NCBI RefSeq assembly: GCF_006345805.1
Contig: NW_021827088.1
Span: 1 to 11,007 of the forward strand
Direction of reading: 5' to 3'
Source of the DNA: Octopus sinensis
Taxonomy: Eukaryota
DNA length: 11,007 nt
The notes beneath the pieces are model-generated. The model was not told where the DNA came from and ran no database searches. It saw nothing but the letters and a program-made list of their open reading frames with translations. A program made the position numbers and the translations under genes. This document shows positions 1-8,187 of the stretch, piece after piece; positions within the stretch are counted from its first letter, which is position 1; every line of letters begins with the position of its first letter.

Positions 1-9
1 GGTATTAAA

Positions 10-225
10 GGCGGCGAGCTGGCAGAAACGTTAACACGCCGGGCGAAATGCTTAGCAGTATTTCGTCTGTCGCTGCATTCTGAGTTCAAATTCCGCCGTA
101 GTCGACTTTGTTTTTCATCCTTTCGGGGTCGATAAATTAAGTACAAGTTGCGTACTGGGGTCGATCTAATCGACTGGCCCCCCTCTCCCAAAATTTCGGG
201 CCTTGTGCCTAGAGTAGAAAAGAAT
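10..225 (+). mobile_element. tRNA-derived SINE, family A monomer (octopus-type)
   Basis: Head GGCGGCGAGCTGGCAGAAACG (A-box-like), B-box GAGTTCAAATTCC at 82-94, body GTCGACTTTG...GGGGTCGATAAATTAAGTAC and tail CCTTGTGCCTAGAGTAGAAAAGAAT. Near-identical modules recur at 1458-1675 and 6878-7273. Confidence 0.9.
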
Positions 226-239
226 ATATATATGTATAC

Positions 240-408
240 GTGCAGGCGTGGCTGTGTGGTATGAAGCTTGCTTCCCAACCACATGGTTTCGGGTTCAGTC
301 CCACTACGCGGTACCTTGGGCAAGTGTCTTCTATTATAGCCTCAGGCCGACTAAAATCTTGTGAGTGGATTTCGTAGACGGAAACAGAAAGAAGCCCGTC
401 GTGTATGT

Positions 409-470
<62 letters not shown>

Positions 471-622
471 TCCCCGTAACTTAACAGTTCGACAAAAGAC
501 ACCGATAGAATAAGTGTTAAGTTTGCAACGAATAAGTCCCGGTGTCGATTTCTTCGAATAAAAAACCCTTTTAGGAGGTGCTCCAGCATGGCCGCAGTCA
601 AATGACTGGAACAAGTAAAAGA

Positions 623-623
<1 letters not shown>
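240..623 (+). mobile_element. tRNA-derived SINE, family B, with internal (TG)n
   Basis: A-box-like TGGCTGTGTGGTA (249-261), B-box GGGTTCAGTCCC (291-302), then ACCTTGGGCAAGT (resembles the start of the CORE-SINE domain), internal (TG)n at about 402-468, and tail GGTGCTCCAGCATGGCCGCAGTCAAATGACTGGAACAAGTAAAAGAAT. Matches a recalled octopus SINE consensus; not database-checked. Confidence 0.85.

Positions 624-659
<36 letters not shown>
624..659. repeat. (TA)n microsatellite
   Basis: Perfect TA dinucleotide run. Confidence 0.95.
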
Positions 660-663
<4 letters not shown>

Positions 664-895
664 GTTATCTCCCCTACTTCCCCTCTCCCGTTTGACCATT
701 CTGTCCGAAGTCAGACGCCATGATAGATCGTTAGCTACTACACACATTTTTTTCTCTCCTTGTTTTTTTCTGTAGAAGAGCGTAGGCTCGAAACGTAAAA
801 GACTTTTTCTATTACTGAGGCGGTATACTAATACATCTGTTTGTTTGTACACCACCTGCCTTTGTCCTTTGTTTATTTTCGTAAACTTGCCCTTT
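660..895 (+). mobile_element. Dispersed repeat, probable Penelope-like element terminal-repeat fragment
   Basis: A 236-bp non-microsatellite block embedded between two (TA)n tracts. It contains CTGTAGAA-GAGC-GTAG-GCTC-GAAACGTA, the CTGANGAA..stem..GAAACGT pattern typical of PLE terminal repeats. Family assignment is inference. Confidence 0.5.
765..802 (+). ncRNA. Minimal type I hammerhead ribozyme-like motif (variant core, possibly inactive)
   Basis: Stem I TTTTT(765-769)/AAAGA(798-802); core CUGUAGA (770-776; canonical CUGANGA) plus an extra A777; stem II GAGC/GCTC with a GTAG loop; GAAA at 790-793; palindromic ACGU as stem III; GUA cleavage triplet at 795-797. Confidence 0.4.
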
Positions 896-919
896 ATATA
901 TATATAATATATATGTATG

Positions 920-960
<41 letters not shown>

Positions 961-970
961 TATATATATA
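896..970. repeat. (TA)n/(TATG) microsatellite
   Basis: Visible dinucleotide run. Confidence 0.95.
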
Positions 971-1294
971 CCTTGCGACAGAAAGCGTCCTGTCATTTAT
1001 TGCACCGGTTCCCAACCATTTCTGCACCATAGACCGGTGTCATGCAAGACAATTCTTCCACAGGCCAGAGGATCTAGCGCATAATAAAACACAATAAAGT
1101 GTATAACATATAAGTTAATTATTGCATATGTTGGTTTCTATTGCTTATGTTCTGTCTACTGCGTGACGAAGGAACTCAGCATGTTCTCTCCACCAGCTAC
1201 AATCTGATGTACAGGCTGTGAATTTAAGCTTGAGATCATACCGCTTTGATGAGCCTACTCTCCTACACTGGGTCGACAGAAAGATGTGATTCCA

Positions 1295-1379
1295 AGAATT
1301 TGAAGTTGGAATGTTAAGACGGACTAAATAGCGCTAAGCGTTTCGCCCAGCGTGCTAACGATTCTTCCAACTGGCCGCC
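1295..1379 (-). mobile_element. Family A SINE head fragment
   Basis: Reverse complement GGCGGCCAGTTGGAAGAATCGTTAGCACGCTGGGCGAAACGCTTAGCG...CTTCAAATTCT matches 1458-1542 at 63 of 85 positions. Confidence 0.8.
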
Positions 1380-1457
1380 TTTTTACATATATAACGTATA
1401 TATAATGCAAAATCTCACTCCGCAGGCTGTGATAGTCAATATAATCTTACTCAAAAT

Positions 1458-1675
1458 GGCGGTGAGCCGGCAGGATCGTTGGCAGGCCGGGCGAAATGCT
1501 GAGCGGGATTTCGTCCGTCTTCGCGTTATGAGTTCAAATTCCGCCGAGGTTGAATTTGCCTTTCATCCTCTCGAGGTCGATAAAATAAGTACCAGTTAAG
1601 TACTGGGGTTGATGTAATCGACTTCCCACGCCCCTCCCCCGCAATTGGTGATCTTGTACCAAAATTTGAAACCAA
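1458..1675 (+). mobile_element. Family A SINE (variant tail)
   Basis: Head GGCGGTGAGCCGGCAGGATCGTT, B-box GAGTTCAAATTCC, body GAGGTCGATAAAATAAGTACCAGT...GGGGTTGATGTAATCGACT and tail CTTGTACCAAAATTTGAAACCAAT. Confidence 0.85.
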
Positions 1676-1713
1676 TACAACTAAAAATTTTAAAATTTAT
1701 TATTTCGGTGTAA

Positions 1714-2159
1714 CCCGGTACTAAATGATTATTGGCCCAATACCGGTCTGCGGCCCGGTACCAAATGATCCATGGCCCAATACCGGTCTGCAGCCCGGTA
1801 CCAAATGATCCATGGTCCAATACTAGTCTGCGGCACGGTACCAAATGATCCATGACCCATTACTGGTCTGCGGCCCGGTACCAAATGATCCATGGCCCAA
1901 TACCGGTCTGCGGCCCGGTACCAAATGATCCATGGCCCAATACTGGTCTGCGGCCCGGCACCAAATGATCCATGGCCCAATACCGGTCTGCGGCCCGGTA
2001 CCAAATGATCCATGGTCCAATACTAGTCTGCGGCACGGTACCAAATGATCCATGGCCCAATACTGGTCTGCAGCCCGGTATCAAATGTTTCATGGTCCAA
2101 TGCTGGTCCGCGGCCCGGTACCAAATATTTCATGGCCCAATACTGGTCTGCAGCTCGGT
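1714..2159. repeat. 40-bp minisatellite, 11 full copies plus a partial copy
   Basis: Unit CCCGGTACCAAATGATCCATGGCCCAATACCGGTCTGCGG starts at 1714, 1754, ... 2114. There are no unique spacers, and the array runs directly into the hAT right TIR. Confidence 0.97.
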
Positions 2160-2229
2160 CGTTGGGGATCTCTGGTTTATAGAGAATTATTCGAACCAAC
2201 TGAGTAAGCTTCTACGTGGTTTGCCAGAG

Positions 2230-2266
2230 CTGCTAGAAAAAGCAGCAACCATCTCCCTCTAAAATC
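2230..2266 (+). repeat. Short dispersed motif (probable SINE 3' module), copy 1 of 3
   Basis: CTGCTAGAAAAAGCAGCAACCATCTCCCTCTAAAATC aligns with 8718-8753 (+) and 8299-8335 (-). Confidence 0.5.
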
Positions 2267-2317
2267 CCTCCCCTTCCTCCATTCCACTCTACATTTTGGT
2301 GGTGGGGTGAGTGGGAG

Positions 2318-2421
2318 GTCGAATTTCTTCGAGGTCAAGCTTTGCTTTTCATCCTTTGCGGGTGTATTGATGAAATAAAAACTGCAAATCAAACGCAGTG
2401 ATCGATCCGATCTAATCGACT
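2318..2421 (+). mobile_element. Degenerate family A SINE body fragment
   Basis: GAGGTCAAGCTTTGCTTTTCATCCTTTGCGGG and GATCTAATCGACT match the family A body. Confidence 0.5.
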
Positions 2422-2429
2422 ATTCTAAT

Positions 2430-2592
2430 CCCCCCTCGACCCCACCACACAACACCCCCGTCTCGCCCCCACCCACCCACCCATAACTACCACCCCAAAC
2501 GTCTCCACCACCACCACCACCTCCACCCTACCATCACCACCCACAACACCCACCCACCCCACCACCACCACCACCACCATCACCACCACCAC
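2430..2592. repeat. C-rich (CCA/CAC)n low-complexity tract
   Basis: Visible trinucleotide and C-run repeats. Confidence 0.9.
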
Positions 2593-2719
2593 TCGAAAAT
2601 GTGTGTGACTTCGTGCAAATGTCAGAAATCCTTATTAACCGAAGAAGTTCGGTGGATCGGAAGAATTAATGGAATGCCGGATAAAACGGATTGGGCTTTA
2701 AAATTTTTCGTTACATCCT

Positions 2720-2800
<81 letters not shown>

Positions 2801-2820
2801 CCTCTTACTCTCTCACACTC
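2720..2820. repeat. (CT)n/(CTAT)n microsatellite
   Basis: Visible. Confidence 0.95.
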
Positions 2821-2830
2821 ACTCGCTCGC

Positions 2831-2948
2831 TCTTTACGATCTGTGTTCAAACGACGCCGAGGTCGGTTTCGTCTTTCAGCAAGGTCGAATATAAAAATGA
2901 CCTTACCTCTTCGCCAAATATTTCGGACTCTTGTGCCTATGTCAGAAA
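2831..2948 (+). mobile_element. Degenerate, internally deleted family A SINE
   Basis: TCTTTACGATCTGTGTTCAAACGACGCCGAGGTCG and CCAAATATTTCGGACTCTTGTGCCTATGTCAGAAA correspond to the B-box and tail seen at 7110-7273. Confidence 0.55.
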
Positions 2949-3069
2949 TCGATACTGATCAAAGTTCTTTTCACTTCGTTGAACTTTTACATTTTCATTC
3001 GGCATGTTTCTCCATTTCGTATTTTACATGTAACCTTTGTGAAATCTTTAGCTTCGTGTTTTGGCGGTA

Positions 3070-3637
3070 TTTTCCTTTTTTTTTTGGCTTGTTTGCTTTT
3101 TTTTTTTTGTTTTTTTTTTTGCTTTTTATTTCTTTTCGTTCTTTCTCATTTCGTTGTCCTCTTTGATTTCTTTTTCTCTACTTTTTTTTCTTTTTACTTT
3201 GACATTCATTTGGCTTTTTCCAGAATTCACAATCGCAAAATTTTGTTGTATGCGTGTGTGCTCGTGTGTGTGTGCGTGTGTGTTTGTGTTTGCGTGTGTG
3301 TATCTGTGAGAAACGAGAGTGTATGTGTGAGTGTGTGAATATATGTATGTGTGTGTGCGTATGTATGTGTGTGTGCGTATGTTTAGATGTATGGCTGTGT
3401 ATGTGTGTACAATAAAAGTTCCATCATTTTCAACGCAACTTTCTCTCCTTTCATCCACTTGCTTCCTTTCTACTTCTTTCTTTCCTTCCTTCTTTCCCTC
3501 TAACGTTCCTCTCTCCATCTCTCCCCCCCTCTTTCTCTCTCTCCTTCTCTCTCTCCAAACATTTTTCTTCCAAGCATATATCCATAAAATATACAATGCA
3601 CACATACATACACACATACATACATACATACATACAT

Positions 3638-3676
<39 letters not shown>

Positions 3677-3690
3677 CATACATACATACA

Positions 3691-3724
<34 letters not shown>

Positions 3725-3965
3725 CCTGTACATGTGTGTGTACGTGTACGCATACAAATAAATGTGTGTGAATGTATATATGTGTCTATGTATGTATCTA
3801 TGTATTTATATGCATATATATGTATATATAACATACAATATATATATACATCCACACAAACATATAGATACATACATATAAATGTAAATATAAATATATA
3901 TACATATATATATGTACATGCGTGTATGTATGTTTGTATGTGTGTGGTGTGTGTGTGTGTGTGTG
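3070..3965. repeat. Compound low-complexity block: poly-T, (TG)n, (CT)-rich, (CATA)n/(CA)n, (TA/TG)n
   Basis: Visible; it generates most of the spurious ORFs between 2931 and 4065. Confidence 0.9.
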
Positions 3966-4087
3966 GATGCATATAACTTAGGTAACTTAGAAATGCTTCA
4001 GCCAAAGACTGACCCAGGTCGTGTCTAGCTTCATAGCACCACCTGATGTATAAATATATAAGCAAATTTATATATACAGTTTTTATT

Positions 4088-4106
4088 GTATATATACATA
4101 TACATA

Positions 4107-4163
<57 letters not shown>

Positions 4164-4510
4164 AGTACTTGGAGAAAGAAGAAGAAGAACGGAACGAAAC
4201 GAACGATCGAAATCGAAATCGACGCGAGGCGCTGCTATATATATATATATATATATATACATACTCACACACACACACCACACACATAAAATACACTTAT
4301 ATAAATACACTAATTTATACATATATAGGTTTTCTTATTATATGCATAAACATACATATTCACACAAATAAATATATACATACATACATGCATGCATTTC
4401 GATATACTTACACACACACGAACACACACAGACACACGCATACACACACACATACACACACTCACACAAACACATATGAATATACATATAATCTGATAAC
4501 CATATATGAA
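4088..4510. repeat. (TA)n and (CA)n microsatellite block
   Basis: Visible; interrupted by a 75-bp non-microsatellite island at 4161-4235. Confidence 0.9.
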
Positions 4511-5012
4511 TACACGTAGAAATACAACTATCAATATTAATATAAATGTTAATGCTGTGTCTCGTACACATGGTTTCATATATCATTGTAGAATCTGCAC
4601 CGAGAGAAGAATGTGGCATATATAGAAATTAGTTTGTAATGAATAGGCTGATTTGTATACTGTACGTCCGTCTCTGTTGTGATAAAAAATAATTAATAAA
4701 TATTTATACACTACACAGAGTATTTTAGAAACCTAAGATAAATATAAAGTAGCTAATCTACTGTTTTTTAGAACTTATTTCTGTGCAACTTCAAACAGAT
4801 ATAAACACATCAAATTATTCTCTTTGTGCATTGAAAATTAAAGATTTCACAGTTAGTTGGCCATTCATCAGAGGACAAGAACGCCTCAGCCTTCTTCCCC
4901 TACAGTGAAACATTTCCGAATGATCTTATTCTTTCTTCTTTTTTTCTTTTTTTTAAGGATTAAGGAAATGCTACTTTCACTTTTGACCGCTTTGTTTTTG
5001 ATTATTACAGTA

Positions 5013-5064
5013 TGGCGACGGATTGGCTGAGTCGAACAAAATGTCGACTTTACCTTTCATCCTT
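5013..5064 (+). mobile_element. Short family A SINE remnant
   Basis: GTCGACTTTACCTTTCATCCTT (5043-5064) matches the family A body GTCGACTTTGCCTTTCATCCTT at 21 of 22 positions. Confidence 0.4.
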
Positions 5065-5524
5065 CGAAATTAATGAATTAATCACGAGGCAATTAGTAGG
5101 CCGATGTGACCAACCGATTCCTTTCCAGAAATTTATGGCTTTGTAAAAATGATTACTGCAGTAAGACGAGAACATCTCTAATTAAATCCGTTCCACCCAC
5201 GACCATTGCAACCTTTATTCAAACATAGTGTAGCTGGGACTATACTGTCCAATTATGAGCATTTAAAAGACAACAGGAGTGATTGGAAGTAAGTTTGGTG
5301 ACTATTTCTAGCTGGTCAATCGATTACAAAGAAACATAATTATTTCTGTTGTTGTTGCTGTTATTGTTGTTGTTTAGTTCCAGATCAGCACTAATCAAAG
5401 ACGTTCCAACCGTGACTATCTCTCATTAAAAACCATTATTACGGGTGGATTAGTTGCATTAGTAGACACGATACAGATTTAAAAGCTTGCTGTATTCAGC
5501 AACGTTAAACCCCAACACCATCAC

Positions 5525-5528
5525 CACA

Positions 5529-5566
<38 letters not shown>

Positions 5567-5589
5567 ACACATACACACACACACACACA

Positions 5590-5628
<39 letters not shown>
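5525..5628. repeat. (CA)n microsatellite
   Basis: Visible. Confidence 0.95.
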
Positions 5629-5630
<2 letters not shown>

Positions 5631-6125
5631 ATTTTCAGAATACGTAATGAGCCACGACAAGGGTGTCATGATATTGTGTCTGCTCCCATTCTCCTGGGAC
5701 AAATTATAGTTAAGTCACGTGTCCTTTTATTGCGTAGGCACACTTTTTATTAACTTTCAGGAGTGCACAGCATGAGATTTTACTTGTTTCGACAAAAACC
5801 GATGGACATTAATTATACATTACACCGCACAGCATGTGACAGACACTAGGTTTTTTTTTCTCTTTTTCCGTTTATGTTTGTTTGTTTGGTTAGTTGGTTG
5901 GGTTTTTTAACACAAATATTGCTCTTGTTACTGTTTGCTTTCACCGTATATATAATTAGACTGTCTGTATAGATTGTTTTCGATGACAACCCAAGTTAGC
6001 GAAGTCACATAATCAGCGAATGAAATACTGTGATTTCAATTCCCATCAGAGTTTCACCGTACATTGATGCAAGCTTGTTCAACATGCTACGGCTATTGGT
6101 TCAAAGATGAGCCGTTTCTTTTAAC

Positions 6126-6501
6126 TATGACGCCTGAACCTCCTGCCCCTCCCTTCGGTGCACTTCTACAACGGCGCTTAAGGTGGTTCGGTCATGCGGC
6201 CCGGCGTCCAGAGGGTGAGCTGATTCGCGATGTCCTCCTCCCACCTCCACTTCCCAGCTGGCGCAAACGCACGGGCGGGCAGCTGAAGACCTGCGCAACG
6301 ACGATAAAGGAGGACCTCTTCGAACTCTCAGGTCCGCAGGTGGTCGGTCTGCGCAGATGGAACCGCGAATGGCTCGCTATCTCCAGTGGCCTCGCACAAG
6401 ACCGCCGAGCGTGGGCCGCCATGGTTTGTGATGCCGTCAGGACCAGAGAAGAAGCCGGCTCAACCCGCCCTGGGTGAACGCCGTTACAAGTACAAGTAAG
6501 T
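6126..6501 (+). mobile_element. 5'-truncated RTE-clade LINE with perfect 12-bp TSD
   Basis: TSD GTTTCTTTTAAC at 6114-6125 and 6502-6513; tandem tail ACAAGTACAAGTAAGT; encodes an RTE ORF2 C-terminus. Confidence 0.9.
6154..6477 (+). pseudogene. C-terminal remnant of RTE LINE ORF2 (post-RT region)
   Basis: Motifs LLQRRLRWFGHAARRPEGELIRD, WRKRTGGQLKT and LAQDRRAW are typical of RTE ORF2 ends. The listed Met at 6064 lies in flanking DNA outside the TSD. Confidence 0.85.
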
Positions 6502-6875
6502 GTTTCTTTTAACACTGGCTCACAAATCGCGTTGTTAGCTCAAAGTTTGGTAATCGCTTGTTCACATCTATGCAGTATGCATAACAGGATACAACCATTG
6601 ACTAACAGATGAACTGTTTGCTTACAACTCTGCATACAGTGGTTCACAGATGTGCTGTAAAAATACTGAGGGTTTTTTTGTGTAGTTTGTTCTTGAGGAT
6701 GCGAGTGGTGTGGAAGGATTCCTATTTGCGTCTTCTATCAATAGTTCAATAGCAAGCTGCGTACCACGTCTGCCCAAGTCCTACAAATGCACCAAGCTCT
6801 CCTTTTGCAACTACAATTATAAACACCCAAGCACATTGCTCAATCTTTCCTTCTAAAACTATTCCCCATTGGAAC

Positions 6876-7273
6876 AAGGCGGCGAGCTGGCAGAAACGTT
6901 ATCACGCCCGGCGAAATGCTTAGCGGTATTTCGTCTGCCGTTACGTTCTGAGTTCAAATTCCGCCGAGGAAGACTTTGCCTTTCATCCTTTCTAGGTCGA
7001 TAAATTAAGTACCAGTTACGCACTGGGGTCGATATAATCGACTTAATCCGTTTATCTGTCCTTGTTTGTCCCCTCTGTGTTTAGCCTCTTGTGGGTAGTA
7101 AAGAAATAGATATTTCGTCTGTCTTTACGTTCTGAATTCAAGTTCCGCTGAGGTCGACTTTGCCTTTTATATTTTCGGGGTCGATAAATTAAGTACCAGT
7201 TGCGTACTGGAGTCGATCTAATCGACTGGCCTCCTCCCCAAAAATTTCGGGCTTTGTGCCTAGAGTAGAAAAG
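6876..7273 (+). mobile_element. Dimeric family A SINE bounded by a long TSD
   Basis: Full monomer 6878 to about 7108 followed by a headless second monomer at about 7110-7273. Flanks AACTATTCCCCATTGGAA (6857-6874) and AACTATTCCCACTGGAA (7274-7290). Confidence 0.9.
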
Positions 7274-7296
7274 AACTATTCCCACTGGAATTGTTA

Positions 7297-7410
7297 ATGG
7301 TGATGACGATGGTGGTGGCGTTGGATATAGCGGTGGTGATGGTGGTGATGGCGGCGGTGGTGACAGTGATGGTGGAGGTGGTGGCAGCGTAGCGGCGGTA
7401 GTGGTGGTAG
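7297..7410. repeat. (GGT/GAT/GGC)n low-complexity tract
   Basis: Visible. Confidence 0.85.
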
Positions 7411-7440
7411 CGTCGCGAGCAGAGGTACAGATGACGGCGG

Positions 7441-7640
7441 GAGAGTCAGCGTGATACAGAATGTGGCGAGGCTAGCCCGTTTGAATCACAGGTACTACTC
7501 ATTTTTAGCCAGCTGAGTGGACTGGAGCAACGTGAAATAAAGTGTCTTGCTCAAGGACACAAAGCGCGCCACAAGGAATCGAACTCACGACATTACGATC
7601 GTGAACCGAAAACACTGACCACAAAGTCACGCGCCTTCAC
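7441..7640 (-). mobile_element. tRNA-derived SINE, family C, 5' two-thirds
   Basis: Reverse complement GTGAAGGCGCGTGACTTTGTGGTC...GTGAGTTCGATTCC...GTGTCCTTGAGCAAGACACTTTATTTCACGTTGCTCCAG is homologous to the + copy at 9689-9995. Confidence 0.85.
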
Positions 7641-7701
7641 TACACGCACACACATATATATGTTACACCATACCCCCTCCATATATACAAGTATATACTG
7701 C

Positions 7702-7734
<33 letters not shown>

Positions 7735-7988
7735 ATTATAGATATATATATATATACACCACACAGCACATATAATATATACATATATATATATATGATA
7801 CCGTTAACCGACAGGCTATCAGATGTTGCTACACATCGCTGGTCACAATGCGCTTCGCATTGTTTTAGCCTTCAAATGACGCCACCCCGCAGGCTAAGCA
7901 AGCAGGCCATATATATATGTATGTGTGTGTGTGTGTGGTGTGTGTGTGTGAGAGAGAGAGAGAGGAGAGGGAGAGAGAGAGAGAGAGG
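7641..7988. repeat. (TA)n/(TG)n/(GA)n microsatellites flanking the 7797-7908 fragment
   Basis: Visible. Confidence 0.85.
7797..7908 (-). mobile_element. 3' tail fragment of another octopus SINE family (recalled consensus)
   Basis: GGCTATCAGATGTTGCTACACATCGCTGGTCACAATGCGCTTCGCATTGTTTTAGCCTTCAAATGACGCCACCCCGC matches a recalled octopus repeat. There is no second copy in the window to confirm it. Confidence 0.5.
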
Positions 7989-8095
7989 GGTTGCTGAAAA
8001 ATTCCCAGCTTCAAAGGTATTGTGAAAGGCCTGGCTGGTGGCCCAACATTTCGAGTTCTTTTTTAGGGCTTAGAAAAACTGAAGGACCGCTGCAA

Positions 8096-8187
8096 TAAGT
8101 GTGTGCTCAATTATACAACACGCCACTGGGTATCGAACTCACGGCTTTACGATCGGGATCCAAATACTCCTAACCACAAAGCCACAC
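8096..8187 (-). mobile_element. Family C SINE head fragment
   Basis: Reverse complement GTGTGGCTTTGTGGTTAGGAG...GTGAGTTCGATACCCAGTGGCGTGTTGTATAATTGAGCACACACTTA has A- and B-boxes and aligns to 9695-9790. Confidence 0.75.

Larger units (their letters stand above)
1003..2174 (+). mobile_element. Non-autonomous hAT/Charlie-like (MER1-like ends) DNA transposon with nested SINEs
   Basis: Left end CACCGGTTCCCAACCATTTCTGCACCATAGACCGGTGTCATGCAAGACAATTCTTCCACAGGCC resembles the recalled MER1/Charlie3 left end. Right end GTTGGGGATCTCTG has reverse complement CAGAGATCCCCAAC (10/14 match to the left TIR). The 8-bp flanks ATTTATTG (995-1002) and GTTTATAG (2175-2182) match 6/8, a degenerate hAT TSD. No transposase ORF. 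Confidence 0.75.

Noticed and set aside
10-100. tRNA genes at SINE heads (also 240, 1458, 6878, 9689)
   Set aside because: A- and B-boxes are present, but I see no complete cloverleaf or acceptor stem, and each runs into a SINE body.
611-623. SINE B tail ACAAGTAA shared with the RTE tail (6493-6500) as evidence of a SINE-LINE partnership
   Set aside because: An 8-nt AT-rich match is too short, and upstream 3' sequences do not align.
598-996. 132-aa minus-strand ORF spanning the PLE-like fragment
   Set aside because: Both ends are (TA)n-derived, the middle is the antisense reading of the repeat, and there is no recognisable domain.
1714-2159. CRISPR-like appearance and the ORFs 1596-1853, 1729-2013, 1823-2053, 1860-2093 and 1972-2262
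   Set aside because: These are contiguous 40-bp units with no unique spacers, no cas genes and a eukaryotic context. The ORFs are just the repeat read through rotating frames.
5129-5160. Possible 32-nt plus-strand exon (TTTCCAG|...|GTAAGA)
   Set aside because: Splice-like dinucleotides of this quality are expected by chance in AT-rich DNA; it is not frame-preserving and has no homology.
6626-6780. Possible 155-nt minus-strand exon (TTTGTAG|DLGRRGTQLAIELLIEDANRNP...EPLYAE|GTAAGC)
   Set aside because: It has one open frame and a good donor, but the acceptor lacks a pyrimidine tract and the peptide is unrecognised. It cannot be supported without RNA-seq or homology.
8030-8092. hAT-like terminus (reverse complement CAGCGGTCCTTCAG...)
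   Set aside because: Only 9 nt match the Charlie TIR, and I found no partner TIR or TSD.
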